Source of the DNA: an uncultured delta proteobacterium
GTDB lineage: Bacteria; Myxococcota; Myxococcia; Myxococcales; Myxococcaceae
Length of the DNA: 64,000 bases
Reading direction: 5' to 3'
Assembly: GCA_963796055.1 (NCBI GenBank)
Contig: CAWCKH010000004.1
Location: forward strand, 1,312,001-1,376,000
Within the stretch, counting starts at the first letter, position 1, and every line of letters begins with the position of its first letter. Shown here piece by piece: positions 45,006-54,354 of the stretch. The translations under genes and the position numbers were made by a program. The notes beneath the pieces are model-generated. The model saw only the letters and a list, made by a program, of their open reading frames with translations. It searched no databases and had not been told where the DNA came from.

Positions 45006-46751
45006 GTGGAGAACAATTCCCAGAAACGCACGGCGGTGGCCTTCGGCCTCATCGCCCTGCTGACCATCGTCTACATGACCTGGTTCGCCCCGCACGCGCC
45101 GCCGCCCTCTACCGTGGTTGCCGCAGGCGATGCGGGGACGGTGGCCGCTGCTCCGGCCGCTCCCGCACCGGTGACCGCGGAGGCCTCCCCGCCACGCACA
45201 TCGGATCGCGAGCCGTCCGCGGGCCCGGCGGTCCGCACCATCGAGGTGCTCCGGAAGCAGGCCCGCTACACCTTCTCCACCGAGGGCGCCGGCCTGGTCT
45301 CCGCTCTGCTGCTGGGCGAGAAGACCCGCGAGCAGGTGCACCTCACCGTTCCCCAAGGCTGGGCACAGCTGCTGGGCAAGCCGGTGCCGAAGGGCCCGCC
45401 GATGAACATGGCGCAGCCGGTCCCCGGAGGGGCGCTGCCGCTCTCGATCGAGCTGGCGGGGGAGGCTGCGGTGCCGGCCACGCTGCGCTACTCGGCCGAG
45501 CAGGGAGACCATCGGATCACCTTCGTGGGCCGCACCGAGAGCTGGGAAGTGACCAAGGAGGTCTCGTGGGTCGACGACGGGTACGAGCTCTCGACCCGGG
45601 TGACCTTGCGGAACCTCTCCGGGCGTCCACTCTCCGGTGAGCTGGTGCTCCCGTACTCGCGGGCGATCGATCCGGCGCACGAGGAGAAGCCGAGCTTCTT
45701 CGGAGGGGTGGGCAACGTCTCCGACTCGGCGTGCTTCGTGAAGGACAGCTACGAGCACGAGACGGTGAAGGACACGACCCAGACCAAGGAGTTCACCGGC
45801 CCGGTGCGCTGGGTGGGCATCAACCAGCAGTACTTCCTCTCGGCGATCTTCCCGGTGGGTTCTGCGGTCGACGGGAAGTGCGTCCTCACCACCTCGCCCA
45901 CCGAGCGCGTCGCGACTGCGCGCTTCCCGGTGCAGGTCGGTCCCGGGCAGTCGGTGACCAGGTCCTTCGGCGCGTTCCTCGGGCCGAAGGAGACCGAGAT
46001 GCTCGCCGCGGTGCCCACGCTTCCCGCCAACCGCTCCCCGGAGGCGGTCGCCCCGGTCCATCTCGAGCGGGGCGTGGACTACGGAATCTGGGCCGCGCTC
46101 TGCAAGCCGCTGCTGGTGGTCCTGAGGTGGTTCCACGCCATCGTCCGCAACTGGGGCGTGGCGATCATCCTCCTCACCGTTCTGGTGAAGGTGCTGCTCA
46201 TCCCCCTGACCCACCGGGCGATGGTCGGTCAGGAGGCGATGAAGAAGCTCCAGCCGAAGATCGAGGAGCTGAAGCGGAAGTTTCCGGAGGACAAGGAACG
46301 CCAGCAGATGGAGATGATGAAGGCCTACCAGGAGGCAGGGGTGAACCCCTTCGGGTCGTGCCTGATGATCCTGGTCCAGCTGCCGGTGTGGGCCGCCCTC
46401 TTCACCACCCTGCGGAACAGCTACGAGCTGTACCTCGAGCCGTTCACCTCGCACTTCATCATCGACCTGACCATCAAGGACCCCACCTATCTGCTCCCCG
46501 CCCTGCTGGGCGTCTCGCAGGTCATCACCAGCCGTCTCCAGCCGCCGGCGCTCGATCCGGCACAGCAGCGGATGATGGTGTGGTTCATGCCGATCTTCTT
46601 CACGGTGATCATGCTGAACTACCCGGCGGGCCTGCTCCTCTACATCTTTACCAACAACTTCCTCACGGTGGTGCAGCAGGCGGTGCTCAGGCGAATGGTC
46701 GGCAGCACGCCGACCCCCCCGCTGAAGCCCGCGCTGGAGAAGCGGAAGTGA
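45006..46751 (+). CDS. yidC: Membrane protein insertase YidC
   Basis: NWGVAIILLT, KLQPKI, VNPFGSCL, DP.YLLP, PAGLLLY. Confidence 0.96.
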   Translation: MENNSQKRTAVAFGLIALLTIVYMTWFAPHAPPPSTVVAAGDAGTVAAAPAAPAPVTAEASPPRTSDREPSAGPAVRTIEVLRKQARYTFSTEGAGLVSALLLGEKTREQVHLTVPQGWAQLLGKPVPKGPPMNMAQPVPGGALPLSIELAGEAAVPATLRYSAEQGDHRITFVGRTESWEVTKEVSWVDDGYELSTRVTLRNLSGRPLSGELVLPYSRAIDPAHEEKPSFFGGVGNVSDSACFVKDSYEHETVKDTTQTKEFTGPVRWVGINQQYFLSAIFPVGSAVDGKCVLTTSPTERVATARFPVQVGPGQSVTRSFGAFLGPKETEMLAAVPTLPANRSPEAVAPVHLERGVDYGIWAALCKPLLVVLRWFHAIVRNWGVAIILLTVLVKVLLIPLTHRAMVGQEAMKKLQPKIEELKRKFPEDKERQQMEMMKAYQEAGVNPFGSCLMILVQLPVWAALFTTLRNSYELYLEPFTSHFIIDLTIKDPTYLLPALLGVSQVITSRLQPPALDPAQQRMMVWFMPIFFTVIMLNYPAGLLLYIFTNNFLTVVQQAVLRRMVGSTPTPPLKPALEKRK

Positions 46752-47458
46752 AAGACTCACAGGTGGCGGTGGCGGTGAGTGCCGTGGACGATCGACGGGC
46801 ACAGGTGGTGGCGGTCGTGGAGCAGCTGCTCCGGAGCATGGACGTCCCGGCGACGCTGGACACCCGGGATCTTCCCGACGGGAGCATCAGCATCTCGGTG
46901 ACTCCCGCGGTCGAGCTCACCGGGATGGCGGTGGGTCGGCGCTCGCCGCTGGGCGATGCGCTGCAGTACCTGGTGAACAAGCTGGTCAACAAGCCCGGCC
47001 AGGAGCGGCGCTGGGTGGCGGTCGGCCTCGGCGGACACCCGGAGCCACGCGGGCCGAAGCCTCCGCGCGCGTCCGAGGGCGCGCCTCCGCCGATGACCAA
47101 CGGCAGCCCGCCGACGCCGTCCCCGTCCTCCCGTCCAGCTGCGCCAGGCAGGTACGCGCCCCCGGCCCGCGCGCCCGAGGCGGACGAGCGTTCCTTGGCG
47201 ACGGAGGACGATCCGGCGTTCGATGCTTCGGCGCGTGCCCTCGCCGAACGCTCGGCGAGCTCCGGTCGGGTGTACGCGGTGGTGACCCTGGGGGCGATCG
47301 AACGCGGGCGGCTGCTGAAGGCCGTCGACGGCGTGGGCGGGGTGAGCGCGCGCGCCGAGGGCGAGGGTCGCCTCCGCCGGGTGGTGGTGACGCCGGACAA
47401 GGTGGTGCCGATGCCGCGGCAGCGGCTTCCCGTCGACGATCTGCCGGACGACGAGTGA
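46748..47458 (+). CDS. Divergent Jag/KhpB-like protein
   Basis: Position after yidC; ALQYLVN KH-like segment and EGEG..RRVVV R3H-like tail. Confidence 0.72.
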   Translation: MKDSQVAVAVSAVDDRRAQVVAVVEQLLRSMDVPATLDTRDLPDGSISISVTPAVELTGMAVGRRSPLGDALQYLVNKLVNKPGQERRWVAVGLGGHPEPRGPKPPRASEGAPPPMTNGSPPTPSPSSRPAAPGRYAPPARAPEADERSLATEDDPAFDASARALAERSASSGRVYAVVTLGAIERGRLLKAVDGVGGVSARAEGEGRLRRVVVTPDKVVPMPRQRLPVDDLPDDE

Positions 47459-47691
47459 GCCCAGGAGGGCGCACGGTGGGGAAGCCGAAGGGACTCAGGG
47501 ACAGGCTGTTCGGGGCCGCGGTGCTGAAGATGAGCTTCCGCCTCCGGGGCGACGAGAAGTCGCCGGCGTTCAAGGGCATCTACCCCGGCGTGCTGCGGGA
47601 CCTGGAGCTCGAGGACGAGGCGGTCGAGCAGTACATCGAGCAGAACCGGGCCGCGGTGGAGGCGGCGGCGCGCGGCAAGCCGCCAGCCTGA
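47455..47691 (+). CDS. Small hypothetical protein
   Basis: Strong GC3 codon bias; GTGA overlap with the jag-like stop (alternative start 47476). Confidence 0.75.
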   Translation: MSPGGRTVGKPKGLRDRLFGAAVLKMSFRLRGDEKSPAFKGIYPGVLRDLELEDEAVEQYIEQNRAAVEAAARGKPPA

Positions 47692-47806
47692 GACGCGTCC
47701 GTCCCAGCTCCGGGCCGGCGATCCCACGACCGAGACGTCCTCGCCCCGGGAGTCCTGGCTTCTACGGGTGTCGTCGGTGGCACGGTTCTGGCCTGCGGCG
47801 AGGGCC

Positions 47807-50230
47807 ATGACCGGCTGGCTCGCCGACCTCCGCATCGCGCTCCGTCTTCTGCGTCGTCGCCCCGGCTGGACGGCCTCGGTCCTGGTGACTCTGGCCCTGG
47901 CGATCGGCGCCAACTCCGCGCTGTTCAGCGTGCTGGACGCCGCGCTGCTCCAGCCGATGCCGTACCCGGCGCCCGAACGCCTGGTGCTCATCGGCGAGAC
48001 CACGCCCTCGTTCGAGCAGATGTCGGTCAGCTACCCCGACTACGTCGACTGGCGCGCGCGCACCAGCTCCTTCGACGAGATGGGCGTCTACCGGAGGGCC
48101 GAGGTGAATCTGACCGGCGAAGGTGCGCCGAGGCGCGCGACGGTCATCCAGGCCTCGGCGAGCTACTTCCGCGCGCTGGGCGTTCCGACGCTCGCGGGCC
48201 GGACCTTCGAGGAGGAGGAGGATCGTCCGGGGGGCGCCCCGGTGGTCGTGCTCACCGAGGACCTGGCGCGGAAGCTCTACGGGCAGCCCGGAGCTGCCCT
48301 CGGCCGCTCGCTCCAGGTGGACGGGACGCCGTCGACGGTCGTCGGGGTGATGCCCAGCACGCTCCGGGTGACTGGGCGGCCGGAGCTCTGGTCCCCGGTG
48401 GGGCAGCGAATGCTGGGGCGAACCGCCGAGCGGGGAAACCATCCGGGACTGACCGCCATCGCCCGGCTCAGGAAGGGAGTCTCCTTCGGCGAGGGTCGGC
48501 TCGATCTGGAGACCGTCGGGCGCGCGCTCCAGGAGGCGTACAAGGAGAACCGGGCGGTGCTCCCGCGCCCCGAGCCAATGCAGCAGAGCCTCACCGAGGA
48601 CGTCCGCGGCTCGCTCTGGCTCCTGATGGGCGCGGTGGTGCTGGTGCTGCTCATCGCCGCGGCGAACGTCGGGAGCCTGCTCCTGGCGCGCGGAACGGGC
48701 CGGATCCGGGAGCTCGCGATCCGTGGGGCGCTGGGGGCCGGACGTCCCCGCCTGGTGAGGCAGCTCCTCGTCGAGAGCCTGGTGCTGGCGCTGCTGGGCG
48801 GAGCCCTGGGACTGTTGCTCGCCGCGGTGGCGATGCGGGTCCTCGAGGCGCACCGGCCCTCGTCGCTCCCTGACCACGTGGCGCTGGCCCTGGACGTCCG
48901 CGTCCTCCTGTTCACCTTCGGCGCGTCGGTGGTGTGCGCGCTGCTCTTCGGGCTGGTTCCGGCGCTCATCGGGTCCAGGACGCAGCTTCACGAGACGATG
49001 CGGCAGGGGGATGCGCGGATGTCCGGTGGCCAGCACCGGCTGCGGGTGATCCTGGTGGTGGCGGAGGTGGCGCTGGCGCTGGTGCTGGTGGTGGCCGCGG
49101 GCCTCACCTCGCGCGCGCTCGCCGGCCTGCTCCATCTCGACACCGGATTCGACGGGACCGGGGTGCTCACCTTCCGGCTCTCGGTACCCGAGGCGCGGCA
49201 GCGCACCGCCCGGGACCTGAGCGTCTTCTACGAGCGGCTGATGACCGAGCTCCGCGCCCTTCCCGGGGTGGAGGACGCCAGCTACTCCACGCTGCTTCCC
49301 CTGGACGGGCCATGGGAGACCAGCTTCCGGAGCGACGCACAGGCCCAGCTGCCGCCGGAGCAGGTCCAGTTCGGGGCCTTCGGCATGGTCTCGCCGGGCT
49401 ACGCCAGGACGCTCGGGCTGCGCCTGGTGGCCGGGCGCTGGTTCGAGCCGGGCGATGTCCGGGAGCGGCAGCTGGTTAGCGTCATCGACGAGCGACTGGC
49501 GCGGGACTTCTACCCCGGTGGGGCGGTGGGCCGGCACCTGCTCTCCAATGACGGAAAGCAAAATCGTGAAATCATCGGCGTTGTCCGGCACGTGGCTGCG
49601 TACGGAGTGGTGGGCCGGGAGCCGGCCGGTCACCAGTTCTACCTCGCTGCCGAGCAGCTGTCCGAGGAGGCGTACGCCCGCAATCTCCGGTCGGTGAACG
49701 TGGCGGTGCGGAGTCGCGCCGCGCCCGGGTTGCTGCGTCCCGAGCTGGTACGGGCCGTGGGCCGGATCGATCCGGAGCTGCCGGTCTACGAGATGCGCAC
49801 CACCGAGCAGCTCCTTGGTGAATCGGTCGACGCGCAGCGGTTCGCGACGTTGCAGCTCGTGCTCTTCGCCCTGCTGGCGCTGGTGCTCGCGGTGCTCGGG
49901 CTCTACGCCGTGCTCTCGTACAGCGTGGCGCAGCGAACGCACGAGATCGGGATCCGCATGGCGCTCGGGGCCCCTCCGGCCCTGGTGCTCCGGCAGGTGG
50001 TGGGGCAGGGCCTGGCCTGGGCCGGCCTGGGGCTCGGCCTCGGTCTGGTGGGGGCAGTGGCCACGACCCGGCTCCTCCGGAGCGTGGTGGAGAATGTCCG
50101 TCCCCTCGACCCCCTCGTCTACGCGCTCACCTTGCTCGGGCTGGTGGTCAGCGCTGCGGTGGCGTCGTGGATTCCCGCGCGGCGGGCGGTCCGGGTGGAT
50201 GCATCGGTCGCGCTCCGCGACGAAGGATAG
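47807..50230 (+). CDS. Duplicated MacB/FtsX-type ABC permease (ADOP-like)
   Basis: TLALAIGANSALFS, ELAIRGALGA.R.RLVRQLL.ES, QRTHEIGIRMALGA, IPARRA. Confidence 0.93.
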   Translation: MTGWLADLRIALRLLRRRPGWTASVLVTLALAIGANSALFSVLDAALLQPMPYPAPERLVLIGETTPSFEQMSVSYPDYVDWRARTSSFDEMGVYRRAEVNLTGEGAPRRATVIQASASYFRALGVPTLAGRTFEEEEDRPGGAPVVVLTEDLARKLYGQPGAALGRSLQVDGTPSTVVGVMPSTLRVTGRPELWSPVGQRMLGRTAERGNHPGLTAIARLRKGVSFGEGRLDLETVGRALQEAYKENRAVLPRPEPMQQSLTEDVRGSLWLLMGAVVLVLLIAAANVGSLLLARGTGRIRELAIRGALGAGRPRLVRQLLVESLVLALLGGALGLLLAAVAMRVLEAHRPSSLPDHVALALDVRVLLFTFGASVVCALLFGLVPALIGSRTQLHETMRQGDARMSGGQHRLRVILVVAEVALALVLVVAAGLTSRALAGLLHLDTGFDGTGVLTFRLSVPEARQRTARDLSVFYERLMTELRALPGVEDASYSTLLPLDGPWETSFRSDAQAQLPPEQVQFGAFGMVSPGYARTLGLRLVAGRWFEPGDVRERQLVSVIDERLARDFYPGGAVGRHLLSNDGKQNREIIGVVRHVAAYGVVGREPAGHQFYLAAEQLSEEAYARNLRSVNVAVRSRAAPGLLRPELVRAVGRIDPELPVYEMRTTEQLLGESVDAQRFATLQLVLFALLALVLAVLGLYAVLSYSVAQRTHEIGIRMALGAPPALVLRQVVGQGLAWAGLGLGLGLVGAVATTRLLRSVVENVRPLDPLVYALTLLGLVVSAAVASWIPARRAVRVDASVALRDEG

Positions 50231-50524
50231 GTCAAGGCCGCCGCGGTCGAGATCCGGGTCAGGGGGTCCTCGGGCGGTATAGTCGGCGAGCTCAGGGCGG
50301 CTGCAGTCGGCGAGGTCAGGGCGGCTGCAGTCGGCGAGGTCAGGGCGGCCGGGGTCGAGATCCGGGTCAGGGGGTCCTCGGGCGGTATGGTCGGCGAGCT
50401 CAGGGCGGCTGCAGTCGGCGAGGTCAGGGCGGCTGCAGTCGGCGAGGTCAGGGCGGCCGGGGTCGAGATCCGAGTCAGGGGGTCCTCGGGCGGTATGGTC
50501 GGCGAGGTCAGGGCGGCCGCAGTC
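50228..50524 (+). repeat. Hierarchical tandem repeat, 108-bp period
   Basis: Units start at 50246, 50354 and 50462; each is a 36-bp block plus three 24-bp GTCGGCGAG(G/C)TCAGGGCGGC(T/C)G(CA/GG) blocks, with the last unit truncated. Confidence 0.95.
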
Positions 50525-51170
50525 AGCTCCCCGATTTCCGGTAGGTGAGGAGCGTGCGAGCGTCCCCGCTCAGGGGCAGGCGAAGGCGGTCCACCTCGGG
50601 GCCGGTCCAGCCGGGCAGCTGCGCCGCAGGCGCGTCCGGCCCCGCCATGGCCACCAGCGTACCCCCGGGGCGCAGGTAGGGATTCGCGAGCGCCGCCCAG
50701 CGTGCGGGGTCCGCGAGCGCCCTGGACACGGCGACATCGAAGGATGGGAGACCCTCGGCGGTGGGATGCCCCTTCAGCGTGAGGTGGACGGCGCGCACCC
50801 GTGGCGCGAGACCCAGCTGGGCGATGGCGTGCTTGAGGAAGCCGACCTTCTTCGCCACGGCGTCGACGAGCGTGACGGTGAGATCCTCCCGGGCGATTGC
50901 CAGGGGCAGGCCGGGGAAGCCCGCGCCCGCCCCTGCATCGAGGACGGTCAGGGGTCCTGGCTCGAGGGCCCGCAGGACGGTCAGGGAGTCGAGAATGTGC
51001 TTGTCCGCCATCTCGATCGGATCGAGGATGGCCGTGAGGTTGATCCGGGAGCTCCACCGAGCGAGCTCCTCCGCCAGCCACGAGAGGGCATCCGCCTGGG
51101 CCTGGGTGAGAGGTCGCCCAAGTGCGCGGCTCCCCTTCAAGACCATTCCAGAAATTGCTGGTTTCTCCAC
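50523..51170 (-). CDS. rsmG: 16S rRNA m7G527 methyltransferase RsmG
   Basis: INLTAI, HILDSL, DAGAGAGFPGLPLAI, KKVGFL, SRA; start approximate. Confidence 0.95.
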   Translation of the reverse strand: MEKPAISGMVLKGSRALGRPLTQAQADALSWLAEELARWSSRINLTAILDPIEMADKHILDSLTVLRALEPGPLTVLDAGAGAGFPGLPLAIAREDLTVTLVDAVAKKVGFLKHAIAQLGLAPRVRAVHLTLKGHPTAEGLPSFDVAVSRALADPARWAALANPYLRPGGTLVAMAGPDAPAAQLPGWTGPEVDRLRLPLSGDARTLLTYRKSGS

Positions 51171-51446
51171 AGGCACGGCGAAAGCTAAAGGCTGAAACCC
51201 ACTGAAACCACTGGGGGAAGCCGCTGGCACGATGTTTTCCCCAGGTCTCCCACAGCGTGGCCCGCGGCACCTCAGGGAGGTGCTGCAGGTCGCGGCGGAG
51301 CGTGCGGCCGATTGTCCTGCTGCTTGCTCTAAGGTGTGAGGAGCCCGGTGTCCCCCCGAGCGCCGAACTCCTCTGCCACGACTCGCCACGAAATACCAGT
51401 GGCCTTGTTTCCCAGAGGACACTCGGGGCGTTCGCCCGGGCTCCGA

Positions 51447-51462
51447 GGTTCCACGTGGAACG
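51447..51462. other. parS centromere-like site
   Basis: GGTTCCACGTGGAACG, a 14-bp perfect palindrome core ~100 bp upstream of parA. Confidence 0.9.
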
Positions 51463-51568
51463 TCCATGACCGCCCGGCTCGAGCAAGCAGCCGTGCCGGA
51501 CTGAACTTGCCCTGTCATCCCACCGTGCTACGCCCGCATCCAGCTGCACTGAACGCAGAGGAGGCCGC

Positions 51569-52357
51569 GTGGGACGCGTCATCTGCATCTCGAACCAGAA
51601 AGGCGGGGTGGGGAAGACCACCACGGCCATCAACCTGGCCGCCAGCCTCGCCTCCGCCGAGCGGAAGGTGCTCCTGGTCGACATGGACCCGCAGGGGAAC
51701 GCCGGCAGCGGCCTGGGGCTCAAGCGGGAGGGACTGAACGGGACCGTGTACGACGCGCTTCTCGGCGATCGGCCGATGGTCGAGCTGGTCCACCCCACCG
51801 AGCTCCGGTTCCTGCAGGTCGTCCCGTCGACGCCCGATCTCACCGGCGCGGAGATCGAGTTGGTGACCCAGCCGCGACGCGAGTTCCGGCTGCGCGAGGC
51901 GCTGCGCCCGGTGGTGACCGCTTACGACTACATTCTGGTCGACTGTCCGCCGTCTCTGGGACTGCTGACGCTCAATGCGCTCACCGCGGCCGATTCGGTC
52001 CTGATTCCGCTGCAGTGCGAGTACTACGCGCTCGAGGGCCTCTCCCAGCTGATGCAGACAGTCGAGCTGGTCCGGCGCGGTCTCAATCCGTCCCTGGCAA
52101 CGGAGGGGATACTCCTCACCATGTTCGACGTTCGCGCGAACATCGCCCACCAGGTCGCCAGCGACGTCCGAGCGTACTTCAAGGACCTGGTCTTCGAGGC
52201 GGTCGTCCCCCGCAACGTCCGCCTGAGCGAGTGCCCGAGCTTCGGGAAGCCCATCCTGCTCTACGACATCAAGTCGAAGGGCTGCGAAAGCTACCTCGCC
52301 CTGGGACATGAGATTCTGCGGCGCGATCAGGGTCCCACCGATCGGCGGGCCGCCTGA
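51569..52357 (+). CDS. parA: Chromosome partitioning ATPase ParA/Soj
   Basis: NQKGGVGKTTT, DPQGN, DCPPSLG, QCEYYALEG, PRNVRLSE. Confidence 0.97.
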   Translation: MGRVICISNQKGGVGKTTTAINLAASLASAERKVLLVDMDPQGNAGSGLGLKREGLNGTVYDALLGDRPMVELVHPTELRFLQVVPSTPDLTGAEIELVTQPRREFRLREALRPVVTAYDYILVDCPPSLGLLTLNALTAADSVLIPLQCEYYALEGLSQLMQTVELVRRGLNPSLATEGILLTMFDVRANIAHQVASDVRAYFKDLVFEAVVPRNVRLSECPSFGKPILLYDIKSKGCESYLALGHEILRRDQGPTDRRAA

Positions 52358-53253
52358 TGACCATCCCCTCCATGCCCACCGGCCCCTCCGACCGCACCCC
52401 GAAGCGCGCGCTCGGCCGAGGCCTTTCGGCCCTGATTCCGCAGGCATCTGTTCCCGTCCAGGGCGAGCTGCCCCCGTCGACGGGCATCGCCCGCATCCCG
52501 GTCGAGCGCATCCAGCGCGATCCGGCGCAGCCCAGAAGGACGTTCGACGAGGCCAAGCTCCGGGAGCTGGCTGAGTCAATCCGGACCCAGGGCGTCATCC
52601 AACCGGTTCTGGTGCGCCGTGACGGTGCGGACTACCGCCTCATCGCGGGCGAGCGCCGGTGGCGGGCGGCCCAGCTCGCGGGTCTGCACGACGTGCCGGC
52701 GGTGGTCCGGGATGTCACCGCGGCCGAGGCGTTCGAGCTCGCCCTGGTGGAGAACCTCCAGCGGACCGACCTGAACCCGCTCGAGGAGGCCGAGGGATAT
52801 CGGCGGCTCATCCAGGAGTTCGGGCTCACGCAGGATCAGGTGGGCGAGCGTGTGGGCCGCGACCGCACCAGCGTCGCGAACGCGCTGCGGCTGCTGCAGC
52901 TGCCGGACGGGGTGAAGGAGCTGCTCGCCTCGGGTGCGCTGGGGATGGGCCACGCCCGCGCCCTGCTCGGGATGGGCACCGGGTCTGCGCTGGTGGAGGC
53001 CGCCGAGCGCATCGTCCGCGAGCAGCTCTCGGTGCGCGAGACCGAACGCATCGTCCGCACGGCGCGCGTTCCCTCGGCCGCACCATCGCGAAAGCCTGCG
53101 GGCAGCACGGCCGCGCGGGCGGTCGTGGAGGACTTGCAGCGACGGCTGGGGACGAAGGTGCGACTCGAGGATCGCGGTGGGAAGGGAACGCTGGAGATCG
53201 ACTTCTTCTCGTACGAGGACCTGGAGCGTATTCTCGCGCTGCTGCGGCGGTGA
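52357..53253 (+). CDS. parB: Chromosome partitioning protein ParB
   Basis: LGRGL, QPR, GERRWRA, ENLQR.DLNPLEEA. Confidence 0.97.
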   Translation: MTIPSMPTGPSDRTPKRALGRGLSALIPQASVPVQGELPPSTGIARIPVERIQRDPAQPRRTFDEAKLRELAESIRTQGVIQPVLVRRDGADYRLIAGERRWRAAQLAGLHDVPAVVRDVTAAEAFELALVENLQRTDLNPLEEAEGYRRLIQEFGLTQDQVGERVGRDRTSVANALRLLQLPDGVKELLASGALGMGHARALLGMGTGSALVEAAERIVREQLSVRETERIVRTARVPSAAPSRKPAGSTAARAVVEDLQRRLGTKVRLEDRGGKGTLEIDFFSYEDLERILALLRR

Positions 53254-53340
53254 GGCCGCGGCGCTCATGGAGCCCGCCCCGCCGCTCGTCACTCGAGCGA
53301 CTTCCGGGCTTCGCCTCCAGGACACGGAATGAGGAACCCG

Positions 53341-53766
53341 ATGGCGGTGCTGAAGCGCGAGGAGGAGAACGTGGTGGTTCGCGGTGGTGACGTGCACACG
53401 CTGCTCGGCAAGGGAAGCGAGTTCGAGGGGAAGCTCACCTTCGAGGGACAGGTGCGGATCGACGGGAAGTTCTCCGGGCAGATCTTCACCAAGGACACCC
53501 TGGTCATCGGTGAGGGCGCTCGGGTGAACGCCGAGATCAACGCCGGCACCGTCATCGTCAATGGCGTGGTGGAGGGAAACATCCGCGCCACCCAGCTCAT
53601 CGAGCTCCACACCCCGGGGCGGGTGAAGGGAAACATGGAGTGCCCGTCGCTCAGCATCGACAAGGGCGTCATGTTCGAGGGTTCCTGCAAGATGGAGAGC
53701 ACGAAGGGCAGCCCCACCCCCACGCCGCTCGCGCCATCGGGCGCCCCCGAGCTCCCCAAGCGGTGA
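53341..53766 (+). CDS. bacM: Bactofilin (BacM-like)
   Basis: VHTLLGKGSEFEGKLTFEGQVRIDG...FEGSCKM, directly after parB as in myxobacteria. Confidence 0.88.
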   Translation: MAVLKREEENVVVRGGDVHTLLGKGSEFEGKLTFEGQVRIDGKFSGQIFTKDTLVIGEGARVNAEINAGTVIVNGVVEGNIRATQLIELHTPGRVKGNMECPSLSIDKGVMFEGSCKMESTKGSPTPTPLAPSGAPELPKR

Positions 53767-53770
53767 ATCG

Positions 53771-54292
53771 GTGCCCGGTCGCCGCGGGGCGCTGATCTGC
53801 TGCGCGGTTGCCGCCGGGGCGCTCGCCGGCTGCAAGCGAACGCATCCCGTGGTCGTTCCCCCCGGGGACGGTGGCGTTCCCCTCGTCCGGCCCTCGGGCC
53901 TCCTCCAGGTTCCCTCGGGCTGGACGGTGGTGACCGGCGGCGACGGGACGCTGCGCATCTCGGACTCGCCTGGCCACCTGGTGCTCCGGGCGGAGCTCCG
54001 CAGCGGGATGGGACTGCCCACCCCGGAGACGCTGCGCAGCGGCTTCTCCGAGGGCCTTCGCCGCTGGCGGGTACGAAAGGCCCAGGCGGCGGAGGAGCCC
54101 GGCTACGTCGCGGTCCGCCTGGTGGTCGCCGAGCCGGGCGACGGGGGCACCGAGCAGGCGGTTCTCCTGTCGGCAACGGCGCTCGGAACCGACACGCTCC
54201 TCTGTGCCTCGCTCCGGGGCGCCTCCGATGCCGCCCTCGACGTCATCGAGCAGATCTGCCGCCGCGCTGGCGACCAGCACGACGGCGGCTGA
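53771..54292 (+). CDS. Putative lipoprotein
   Basis: LAGC lipobox and a C-terminal Cys pair. Confidence 0.65.
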   Translation: MPGRRGALICCAVAAGALAGCKRTHPVVVPPGDGGVPLVRPSGLLQVPSGWTVVTGGDGTLRISDSPGHLVLRAELRSGMGLPTPETLRSGFSEGLRRWRVRKAQAAEEPGYVAVRLVVAEPGDGGTEQAVLLSATALGTDTLLCASLRGASDAALDVIEQICRRAGDQHDGG

Positions 54293-54354
54293 GACCTCAG
54301 CCAACCCATCCCGGGACCAGTAGGCCCGTAACCAGTTGCCACTCCTAGGCTTTT

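Noticed and set aside
50228..50524. CRISPR array
   Set aside because: The intervening segments are themselves repeated, there are no unique spacers, and no cas genes are present.
51406..51421. Additional parS (TGTTTCCCAGAGGACA)
   Set aside because: Only about 10 of 16 positions match and the palindromic core is broken.
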